A DNA stretch of 64,000 bases, from NCBI GenBank assembly GCA_010356995.1, contig ML996708.1, positions 310,001 through 374,000 of the forward strand, in the 5' to 3' direction. The stretch comes from Trichodelitschia bisporula (taxonomy: Eukaryota). The translations under genes and the position numbers were made by a program. Under the pieces are notes generated by a model that did not search any database, was not told where the DNA came from, and was given only the letters and a program-made list of their open reading frames with translations. Below are positions 37,678 to 48,824 of the stretch, in pieces (position 1 is the first letter of the stretch; the number at the start of each line of letters is the position of its first letter).

Positions 37678-37945
37678 CCAAGGGCTACCCGAAAAAGTCA
37701 TATCCCCCTCTCACCAAATTTTAGCAGAGGTCTAGTCGCCGGGGTGGACACGACTTTTTCAACGAGCCCTTGGACGGGATCGTCAGCGTGGCTTCCTCGT
37801 CATCTCCTGCACCCGGGCTCGCCGTCCCATATTTCTGCGGAGCAGAGACCAAGGGCTAAGCGAAAAAGTCGTGTCAGGCATTCATCTGTAGCCTCTAACA
37901 AAGGCCGGGAGGGAGGTGACACGACTTTTTTCGGGTAGCCCTTGG
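37678..37945. repeat. Pair of ~96-bp palindromic units in inverted orientation (MITE-like)
   Basis: Units 37678-37773 and 37849-37945 each run from CCAAGGGCT..GAAAAAGTC to GACTTTTTC..AGCCCTTGG. The outer arms are near-perfect inverted repeats. Confidence 0.75.
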
Positions 37946-39734
37946 AGCCAGCTTCATGCCTATCGTCTCCCTCGTGATGGTACGTTGCGCATGTACGGAG
38001 TAGGCTGATAACTTGACTCCGGCGATGTAATATCCGAACTTCACATCCCCGCCTGCAGCTACTATTCGTCCAACCCCTTAACCTTTCATGATATAGCGAA
38101 GCGTTTATACGTCCGTAGCTTACTTCGTCGGCTTTCCAGAAGCACGCATCGAAGACCTCATGATCGTCGGCGTGGCCGGTCTGTTGAGGCCTGTCCCTTG
38201 CCTACACCACTTAATTCCAGCATTGGAGTTCGCCGGGGTAGACGATCCCCGAGCTGAGATGTAGCCCGGACGAGAAGCTGGGAATGTGGCTGGTGGGAGA
38301 TGAGGAGGTGGTAAGGATGTGTTTACGGCAAGGATTCAGGGCGGAGGTGCTCGGAGGTGACTTGAGCCTAGGGAAGGCACCATCTGGCCGGCATGGCAAA
38401 CGTCCATGGCAGCTTCCCCTGAAGTTTCGGCCCAGTTACCCGCAATTCGGCTCCGTCGATATGACGGCAAGTGCGAATGGTGCTGAATAAGAACTCAGAC
38501 CACTTGAGAAAGATTCAGCTTAGCCGGTCGATGTCTTGCATTTCATACAGTCATTCACTGCATTATCCACAAGCAAGCGTCTTGCCTCAACGCCACGGAA
38601 CTAGGTTGTGAATGGGCCATTGATCTGTACATGTCTAGGCGGTACTGGTGCCGTGCGGCAGAGGACAATGGATTCCGTTGCATTGCGCAGGAAGTGAGGA
38701 CGGCGTGCCGGAACTTAGAAGCTCCAGGCTAGAAAAGTCCATGGACAATGATATAAAATGGCAATCGCTGAACAATCGCTGTACAATTGTATTAGCAGAA
38801 GCCAGTGAATGGATTCATGAACATACCTTATGAACCACTTCCCCATACCACCACTCCAGTATCACCATCCACACCACCACCTCACCATCACCAACATCAC
38901 ATATCACCAACACACACAGCACACATACAGATCATGATTACAATCCTATACTACAATCCATCATCCCCGAAGTATTAAATCAACCCCATTACCGGCACAC
39001 CCTCCCTCGATCACCCCCTAAACCGTGTCCACGGACCATCAGCCCCACAGCCCCACTCCCTATCACCAACCACCAACCAGTCCATTCTACTAGCTTGATG
39101 CAAGATATCATGGATGGGTAAGCAGCGCGGCAAAAAGCAGAGCAGAAAGGCCATAAAAGACTGACAATCGCGTAGATTACGAGTTAAGGAGTCCGAACCT
39201 CGAAATTGTGCGCGGGATATCGACAAAGAAGAAGCTATGAATAACAAGAGGGTACAAGCAACGGCCCCTGAACTTGAAGCGAGAGACAATAGCGCATGGC
39301 TTCCCCGCGAGGAGTCACCAACGTCGTCAGACCGTTACCCGAAAACGAAGTAGTAAGAGAAAGGGAAAGAATAATGTACCGACACACTCTCGAAACGCCA
39401 TATCAACCATCAGACCCCCCCATGCAGAAGTCCAATGCAGAAACCCATGCGTCGAGGGCAAAAGAATTCGGAAATTCCCCACCCCCCATCATGAACACAA
39501 GCGGACCGGAAACCCATACCATTTTTCTCGCGCCACCTGACCCCAGACCCATGAGAGAAAATCAAACTTTTCGCTCGTAAAACAGCATCACGAAGGTATG
39601 GGGCCCAGGTGATTATAAGAAAACCCATGCATGTGACAAATGCTGTACAGGATATATCCTCCGCTCTATGTAAGGCCCGTCCCAATGAAAGATTCGCACA
39701 TGTTTGTCCAAGCCACGTCGCAACAGCTGACTGC

Positions 39735-42700
39735 TTAATTGCCATCAGCCGCCTTAGCCGGCTGCGCCTTAGAGACAGCGGGAGACGAGGCAGTCGAAGG
39801 AGGAGACTGGACGTCATCGGGACCTTCACCAGAATCAAGACCGGCAAGAGCACTGCAAAACAGATTAGCCGAGGATCATAAACTCGCAACGATGGAATCT
39901 TACCTGTACGCATTCATATGCGCCGTGGACTCCTTCTCCTTGACAGGAGGAGTGCCAGTACGCGACGAGGCACCAGACTCGTTGCCATGGGCAAGGGGAC
40001 CCAGGCCACCACGACGACCGCTGTTCGTCCGAGACCCGAGCAGTGAGTTGGGACCGAGGGACCCCGAAGGCGCACCAGAGCTGCGAACACCACGAGCGAG
40101 CTTCTTCAAGTCATCTGAAGCGACCTCATTGCCGCGGTACTGTTGAGCAGGCACGTGCTGCTGGGAGAACGACCGACCATCGCCGCGACCCTGCTGAGGA
40201 CGGTTGCGGTTCTTCTGGGCCTCCTGTTGAATCTGAGCCGCAGCATCAGAGCGAATCTCCTGCAGAGTCTTGGGACCCTTGAGATTGTCCTTGGTCTTCC
40301 ATCCGCCCTTACGGAGTTCAATCGTGTCGAGAAGCATGAAGTACATGCGGCTGGGAAGGCCCGCAGTGTCCATGATCGACTGGATGCGATGGAAGTAGGT
40401 GTCCATCATAGCACGACCGTTTTGAGCTGCGTCCATGGTAGAACCAATGGTACGAAGAAGCTTGACCAAGCTCTCAATGGCTGACTCATCGGGAGCGCCT
40501 TCGAAGTTGAGGAGCTTCATAACGCACTCGTGCATGATGCGCATGGTCAGCATACCCAGCTTGTAGAGTTCACCGATGAACTGGATCAAACCGAGACCGC
40601 GGCGCTTGGCTGCAGCCGCGACGTAGTACTCGTCCGACAGCATAGTGACCTCACCGGGAGCAGCCTCGTTCTCCGGCTTGTCCGGAAGGTTGATCTCCCA
40701 ACCGCGCTCGAATTCCTCTTGACAACGGTTAAGGAGGTATTTGCGGAACAGAGCACCGCCAACGACAACATTGTCCGACCGGTCGCGAACATTCTCGTCA
40801 CGAATCTCAGGACCCATGTCCTCCAGCATGCGCTTGCAGAACTTCGCGTACATGGACGCCCAGTGAGCTTCGTCACAGGCCTTCTCGAAAGTCAGCTGGA
40901 TGACTTGGCGAAGCGTGCGACCGTCGGTTTCATCCTTGGACTGCGAAGCAATGACCAGGATGTCGTTGGCCAATTTGTCGAACTTCTCCGGAGTCATCTT
41001 GTTGAGCGCAGACTTCACCTTACGCTGCACCATGTCAGGAGCCATGTGCGTACCCGGGAGGGCCGGTTGAGTAGGTCCAGAGAACACGCTCGGAGGCTTC
41101 CAGCCAGTCTGCGAGACCTCAAGGGGCTTCAGGTCTTGACCAGCGGTGAGAGGCATGGCCTTAACCAGCTGGGATTCCTGCTGAGAGTTCGGACCACCAC
41201 GGCGGCTGCCACGACCGCGCGAGCTGGCATTCCGAGAGGAATTCATGCCGCCACCTTGCATAGGCATGTTCTGAGACGAGCTCGAGCGCGACATCATGGG
41301 AGCACCCATGCCGAAAGGCGCACCACGGCCACCAGCGAAGTTGGAAAACGGGTTGCTAATGGGACCGCCACGCGAAGAAGTGCCCTGCTGTGAAGCCTGG
41401 AAACGCTGTTCAGACGTCGTACCGGCAGGAAGAGTGCGCAAAGCGCCACCAAAGTTGCCCATAACTCCACCAGGCATAGGCATGCCACCACCCGGGCGTG
41501 AGTTCTGGCGACCAGGGGCAGCCGACGACGGACGAGCAGATGCGGGCCGAGAAGAGTCGGAGGTATCGCCCAAAGTCTCCTTGACGACACGATCCCAGTC
41601 GAGTGAGGGCTTCTCCCGGAAAACGTCCTTGAACTGGAGAAGGAAGTTTTTGTCGTACTGACGACCACGGCCGCTCTTGCTAGCCTGGTTGAGGGCAGGA
41701 TTGGGCGAGCTGACACCCTGCGGATAGATCGAGACCTCCTTTTGGACCTGCAAGAATCTAGCAGACTGCAAGGACTGCATGCCGGCGGTGGGTTGAGCTG
41801 GCTCCACGGGCTTGTTTGTTTCTAACTTGAGTGCCGCAGGCTTAGGCTTGCTCACAGCAGTAGGCTTCTGGGCAGTCGTGGGGGATTCCGTAGGAGTCTC
41901 GGTGGTCGTAGCAGTGGCTCCAGGACCAAGGTTAGACTTCTTCAGGGAAGCAAAGAGCTTGGCACTCTCAGCTTTGGCCTCCGGAGTGTCCTCTTGACCC
42001 TTTCCGGCTTCCTTGGCAGCCTCCAAGGCCTCAGCCTCCCGCTCTTGACGCTTAAGCTCCTCATCGAGCTTCGCCTGTGCCTCTTTCTCCTTCTCGGCCT
42101 TCTCAGCCGCCTCAAGTTTCTTCTTTTCCTGATACTTGCGCTCACGCTCCTCGTCTTCGCGCTCCTGAGCTTCAAGTTCAGCAATCCAGCGCTCGTCTTC
42201 CTCTTCTTTCTTGAGGCGCTCCTCCTCTGCCTTCGCCTTGGCAGCTTCTTCCGCCTTTGCAGCTTCATCAGCGGCCTTCTTGGCTTCTTCTTCCTTTTTG
42301 AGACGCTCGGCCTCTTCTTTCTCCTTGGCCTCCTTTGCGGCAGCCTCTTCCTTAGCTTTGGCTTCCGAATCATCCTTCTTCGGAGCTGCATCGTCTTCCT
42401 TCTCCTTGGGAACCTGAGCAGCTTGGCGCTCGATTTGCTCGCGGAATTCACGCTGCTTTTCCTCGGCCGACTTTGCGTGGCTATCCGCGCGACCATGCTG
42501 AGGTGTCGTGGACCCTACACGAAGGGGAGTGGCAGAAGGCGACGGAATCCCGGCTCCAGAGGTGACAACTGGAGGCGCACGCGGTTGAGAGGCGGCAGGT
42601 CCAGGGCCAGAGCCCATCTTCTTATGAAGATCAATGATATTGCCTTCAGTATCCTTGATCAGAATAGCTTTGCTCTTCTTGGGCTCCGGACGGGAAAATT

Positions 42701-44122
42701 GCGGTACCGACTGCGCCGGGCTGCCAGCCGTCGCCGGGATCTGGGGAACAACAGATACCGAAGCAGGAGTGAGAGGGTGACCCAAAGTGGAACCAGGGCG
42801 CTCAGGCCCAGTGGAGGAGCCGGTGCGAGACATGCTGGCGGCATGCGGGCCGTTGTAGTGCTGGGGCAGATAAGGCACATGAGGGGTGCTGTAGCCCACC
42901 CGAGGAGACGGCGGAGCACCATACGGCATGTTGGGACCAGGCTGGTGCATCGTATAGGGCTGATACGCAGCGTAGAAGTTAGGGTCGAATGCCGGAGGAA
43001 GATACATTCCCTGACCCTGTATGGGAGTTAGCTTGTTGCCTGGAGAAGCACCAGTAGACTCGAGATGAGCCCAGAAGAGATTCCGGGATCCAACGCCCGG
43101 AGCAACTTCTACGGAAGATGAGAAGGTAGGGCCTACCTGGTTGGGCATCTGAGGATACCCGAAATGCTGAATCGGCGGACCGGCTCCCATGTGGCCCTGC
43201 TGCTGCTGGAGAACAGCGTTCGCCATGGCCGGGCTCCGGTTCGCCTGATAAGGAGAAGAGTTGGGACCCGGGCGAATAGGGAGCTGAGCACCAGGATACT
43301 GCTGAACGTTTGAAACCGAGCGCTGAGACATGTTCAGGCCAGGGCGGAACGGCTGCGGGGAGCCACCGACACCAGGGCCAGCGAACGGAGGGTTGAAGTT
43401 CCGCTGCCGGTTATTGGGAACGAACCCACGACCCATGCCACTGCTCATGTCACTGTGTGCCGACTGCGACGACTCGCGACGCAGGTGTTGGCTCTGCGGC
43501 ATTTGACCAGCCGGACCTTGAGGCATTGCGTTGGGACGAAGCTATTGAGAAGTTAGTAAAGCGACAGTTAAAAATGTGGAAGCGAACGTACCGTTTGATC
43601 ACCACCGTCAGAGCCGGGGTGACTACCGAAGTTGACAGTGCCCTGAATGACGGCCGGAGGACGACCACCGCTCGCTTGCGGGATGGGAGAAGGCGAACGA
43701 GCAACGCGCGAACCTGGGTTCATCTGCAGAGTGCTGTTCTGAAGAAGAGGCGATGCGCCCGTGGCAATCTTTCCGAAGGCGATAGGCGGACGCGAGTTCG
43801 CGACAGATCCACCGTTTGGAAGGTTGACAGACGATTTGCGACCGTGAGACGGCGCACCGTTGGCAACAGCACCGCTGTTGACAATCGGAGGAGGGGCGTT
43901 GACAGTAGGAATGGCCGGCTGAACTGGGCCCTTGCCGTTCACCGGAGACACAGAGTTGACTTTCGCATGGTTTGCGCCACCGTACCCGGCACCCTGCGGC
44001 GGAGTGCTGGACGCAATGGAGGGCTGAGCGTTGGTCGACACTTTGCCTGCGTTCGCAGCGCGAGCGGCGGCCGGACCTTGAGCGGATTGTGGGATGTTAT
44101 TGTTCTGAATAGAGCTCGTCAT
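39735..44122 (-). CDS. TIF4631: Translation initiation factor eIF4G
   Basis: eIF4E-binding motif YDKNFLL (YxxxxL-hydrophobic) and MIF4G domain VQRKVKSALNKMTPEKF...FEKACDE...FRKYLLNRCQEEFE...GLIQFIGELYKL. Introns 43542-43591, 43017-43136 (in frame) and 39853-39903. Stop TAA at 39735-39737. Confidence 0.95.
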
Positions 44123-44864
44123 TACAAGCTGTCTGGTGGCAATGAAGTCCGTGTGGATGCGCAGGTTGTAAGATGGCGAGAGAACGGGTTGAGGGTTTGT
44201 GGTAGGAAACAGGCGAAGACTGTTATCCGGTTTGAAGTGAAAGGGATTCGTAGGGAAGCGTGTAAGCGTGTAAGCGTGTGAATTCAACGGTCGCAGACCT
44301 GAAGTCGTAGCGGGTCGTGAAATTACAAGCGTACAGCTGAACAGATGGATGTGGGTTTGGGGTGAATGAAGGTGTCAAGAAAACCAAGGGAGTGGCTTTT
44401 TTGACAGTGAGTGTGCGAGGTGGATGAGTTGAGGAAGAGAATGGAGAAAGGTTGAAGAGGAGAGGGTTTTGGTTGCGGATGGGCAACCTGTGGGTTGGTT
44501 GTGTTGGAGCCGGAGGCTTCTTGGGTGGTGGCCAAGACGAAGAGTGCGCAGGACACTTCTCTGTGACGCGAGATCCGAATATTTTTCCGCTTTCCGCGCG
44601 ATGGGGGAGTCGGCGGAGGGAGGGGGAGGGAGGGCTGCTTGGCAGGCAGGAGCGACTTCAGCAGGTGAATGCGAAGTGCCTCTGTTCTAAATCTTGCGAT
44701 TAAGAATCCCGAATCCCAAGTTGAGATGGGATGGAATAGCAACGGGGGGGAGGGGGGAGTTGGGAGGAGAGAGAGGAGGAGGGGAGGGTGGTGGGATTTT
44801 CTTGCGAGTAGGGTCCTTTCACTTTCTGCCCATCTTGCCAAGGCCTCCCTTGTCTGTTCAACCC

Positions 44865-45075
44865 GTGTGTGTGTGTGTGTCGTCGCCTTTGGGTCGCACT
44901 CTTCGCGTTCGCTTCTCTCTCTCTCTCTCTGTTCCGCAAGGCCTCTTCTTTTTTGAAGAGTGGCTCCTTTTACTTTCTGCTGGCGAGTGGTCATGATACC
45001 TCTCCCTCTGACGCTATAATCTGTATCTCTGTCTCCCTCTCTCTCTCTCTCTCTCTCACTCACTCACTCACTTTC
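44865..45075. repeat. (GT)n, (CT)n and (CTCA)n microsatellites upstream of eIF4G
   Basis: gtgtgtgtgtgtgtgt at about 44865, ctctctct tracts at about 44914 and 45037, ctcactcactcact at about 45055. Confidence 0.85.
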
Positions 45076-48000
45076 TCTTCGTGCTGTGGCTTACGTAGTT
45101 ATGCCTCTCTACCACTCCCCGTGCCTCGCCCCGATCTCTGCCCGTTTCTCCCGTCCCTTTTTTTGCTTGTGATCATGCGATGCCTTAACTGTTAGAACTA
45201 GCGCCTTGATGCCTTTCTCTACCACGAATCTCTTTTTTTCTTTAGCCGCAAAGAAAGTCTTTGCTCATATAAGAAGAGAAGGGAGAACGGTAATGCCTGT
45301 TACTTGGCACAAAAAGCACAGGCCCGACGTGCGGCTTCTCTCAACAAAGTTCAAGTAAAAAAGATTCTTGAAGCCTGGAAGATCTTTCGACCTGGACGCC
45401 TTATTCAAGTCCCCGAGTTTTAGCGCCTAGAACTACCGGTATAAGAATTGAGGCTGCTGGTATTGGATTTTGATATAGGCAGTTCCCCAAACTCAGAGAT
45501 CTTTTCCCCACGCTCTGGATCACTGATAAAAAGCCAGCCTGTGAATCATGATCAGAGAAGTCCCATGTACGGTACAGCCCGTATCCCCGTCCCCTGCCCC
45601 ATCCTATCTCCGCGATCCGTCTCATCCATGAATCCCGCCAAATTGTAATCGAGATGAGTTCGGAGGCGTCCGACGACTCGCAGCTCTCTCTCCAAACCTA
45701 CAAGGGCCTCGGCAAATATGGTCACCTACTACCACCTAGTTTAAAGCACCAAAGTGCAGTGGCTCCGGCAGGCAGTCTGTGTGAAGCACACTACACTTTG
45801 TGCCTTCTATCCGCCTCGACACCTTGCCCCGGAGTTTCTTTAGAAGGCGTTCCCGTCATCTCTCCACTCGATCCACCCCAGGTTGAAGGGGAACCGGCAT
45901 CCATAAAGATACGTACCACTACTGATCCCCAGTCTGCTACCTAAAATATCCGCCACATCGCCTCCCAGTCGCAAACATCGAACACCCTCACCCAGTCTCA
46001 CGTCGCACATCGTCTGAATGGCAAACAAACCGACCGTTTGACAGCCCGCTGCATCGATGACTGGGACCCTTCACCGGCTCGCGGGCTTCTGCAACCTGCA
46101 AGATGATGTCTCGACTGCCTTGCAACGGCACCTAGCGCCTGCCTATCGATTGGCCGAGCATTGCTCGCCGTTCCGCGCTTTTTTGTCGTCATCCCGCCCA
46201 CCAGAGGGTCAAAAAAAAAGTCAGAAGTTGGCAGATGAACTTCGCGAACATGCTTTGCTATGCTTTCCGCTATTCTCCCATTCATCCGCCCGCTGCTCCG
46301 ACTCTCGTCTCCTCCACATCTCACCCCACAACCGGCGCGCTCCGTCCGTCGCCGCGACTGGGGCGACGTGGAACCGGCGCTCGGAGTCTGGGGTTTAATT
46401 TCTCGAAGCCTAAAGATGGCAAAGAGTCAGGTCGTCATCACCCACGCGAGTCGTCGCATCACTATCGCACCGGTGCGCAAACTCTCCGCCCCAAACTCCC
46501 AGAGCATAATCGCATCTCGCAAAAAGATAGGCCGACGAGCCTCTTCCGCCCCGTCCTACGATACAAATGACTCTTCATTCTTCACTCCTCTCAATCCCAC
46601 TGCATAAAACGCATGATCTCAGCACCGCTTCTCCGCGCGCCATTGGCCACTCGCCGTGCCGCACGTACCCCTAGTCCCCCTCCAAGCCACAGCCTGAGCC
46701 CAAGCCCCACCTTCCGTCCACTCACGACATTCTTACGGGATGATGAACTTGGGGAGTCCTCGCACCAGTGTGCGAGCATAACGTGTCTAGCAAAGCTCTG
46801 CGAAATACATACCCATCATTGAAGATCGGTACACAAATCACCGCCACCCCCAAGGAATCCGTTTGCCTGCACCCACCCGCGCAACGACAAGAGCCCTACC
46901 GCTGCCACACTGCAGCCGCGCCGTGTCTTCCAGAAGCCGCCACTAACGGGCCACCAGGACTGTGCATCCGGAGCCGGGTGCGCGGGACGACGGGTGAAAG
47001 TATAAAAGTCACTGCCCGCACGTCCACAAAGCCTTCTCATCAGGGGTAGTAGCGACTTCTTGTGTGGAAATTTACTCTTGGCGGCCGGCGAAATGCTTGA
47101 CCGAGCAGCGAGGCTGCGGTGTCGCTTGGGCAGCATCGCAGCGGGAGGGTTTTCTAGCGGCCCCCTTAGAGGTTAGCTATGTCGGCACACGGTGCGAGCA
47201 AAATTTCGTAGTCTGTTTTGATAGGGACGGTGCCTCGCTGCCTCCGACAGCGGAGCTCTGCAACTCGTAATCCGCCAGTTTCGCCACCGGCCTGATCCCA
47301 CAACTGCGCCCCGCCAACGGGACCGCAGGACCGGGCCGCGGAGCCGCGCAGCCGCGTAAACGGACGTCGGTGATATGAGAACCGCGCGTTTTCGCGGCTT
47401 TTTGGTCAGGATGTGGGGAGGATGAGGATTACGGTGGTGGGGTGGCAAGGCTGAGTCTGGGCAGGTTGGATGCCTTGATTGGCGAGCTGGCGCTGCGCTT
47501 TGGTTTTCGCACTTGGTTTTATATCAGAATTGGTATATAGAGGTGTACGGAGTTCAGTGAAATAAAAGAGGCGTCTGCGCAGATGCATGTGCGGATTCGG
47601 TATGCTTGTTTTGAGAGGCTGGTGTCATGATTCGACATGCATCGACTCAACGCTGCGGGGCGTAGGGCTGAAGATCGACGCCCTGGTGGGGGGAGATCGA
47701 GTTACGGTACAAGCATATGATTTCTAGATTCGAGAGCAGTCAGAGCGTGGAGAGTTGATTCTAGACGGAGCTGGTAGCTGGTGACGTGAGAATCTCGAGT
47801 CTTTGAACATTCGGTCCAGGGTCCACATCCACGTTTCGACGTTGGACTTCTAGGTCTGACAAATTGACCACTGCACATGTTCACTGTATCCCTTCTCCAG
47901 AAGCTGCTTGAATCAGCGGTGCCAATTGACGTAACCCCTCAAGTTCCAGGAAGCTGCTTCATAAGCCGGCACGCGTACCAACGATCCAGATCCCCAATTC

Positions 48001-48824
48001 CTACATACATCGGATATGACTACCATGAAAAGAAATCGTAAGCCACCATGCCTCGTAACCCAACGGCCCATTAATGAGCAGATTCGGCCCTCGACCTGAC
48101 GAACCCGGGCAGTGAGATTAGCTCAGCGTCGCGGAGAACACAGGTACCTAGACCCACTGGCCGGAAGGTTGAGGTACTGATGCTTGCAGAGCGCCAGCCG
48201 GATACCGCGCTTTATGAGCCAGCATGACATTGCGAGTCTGAGGCCGGCAGCGGAGGGAATGAGTGCCGCAGAGGAAAGGGCGGCCCTGGCCAATGCGGGG
48301 AAGACGGCGGATAAGTTTCTTAAGCTGCTGTAACTGTGAGGAGCGAGGCTCCTTGAGTCGGGTAACGCGTCATGATTTTCTATGTATTTATTATATGCCA
48401 CGAAATGGATGATTTGGACTCCGATGAAGAGGTTTGGGATCTGCTTGACTGAAGTGAGACATCGAGCAGCGGTATTGGACCTAAGGTTGTACCATATGAC
48501 GTATATCAGGTAGCAGATTGACAAGTATGTATGCGAGTTTGTCCCCTTGGATGTGAAGCTTATGCATTCGCAGGAATGAATTCGGATTTGGGCTCAATCT
48601 GGATATCTTCAACCAAGAGGACTAGGACAGACATGGCCGGCGCTTGAGGGTCTAAATATAAGATCGCCACACCAGCTTCCACCAGCGTCTGGAGCCTAGT
48701 TCTAGTACCACGGTCATAGCCTCAAGTTATGTATGCGGATCGAAGATACCATGAAGAATCGGTACACTTTGATACTATGTACACAAATCAAAGCAGCAAA
48801 CACCTCCTATGCAACCCACCCCCA

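Noticed and set aside
19382..44122. Grouping of RNA-metabolism genes (SKI2, THOC1, eIF4G) as a functional cluster
   Set aside because: Housekeeping genes interspersed with unrelated ones; no shared regulatory signal seen, so chance adjacency is sufficient.
40143..44281. Long + strand ORFs (287, 345 and 274 aa) opposite eIF4G, one very Leu/Phe-rich
   Set aside because: Antisense shadows of a codon-biased gene; the Leu/Phe content mirrors the Glu/Lys coiled coil.
44123..44287. Open frame upstream of the eIF4G ATG (possible non-AUG extension)
   Set aside because: Pyrimidine-rich leader composition explains the lack of stops, and the translation is not protein-like; cannot be supported without Ribo-seq.
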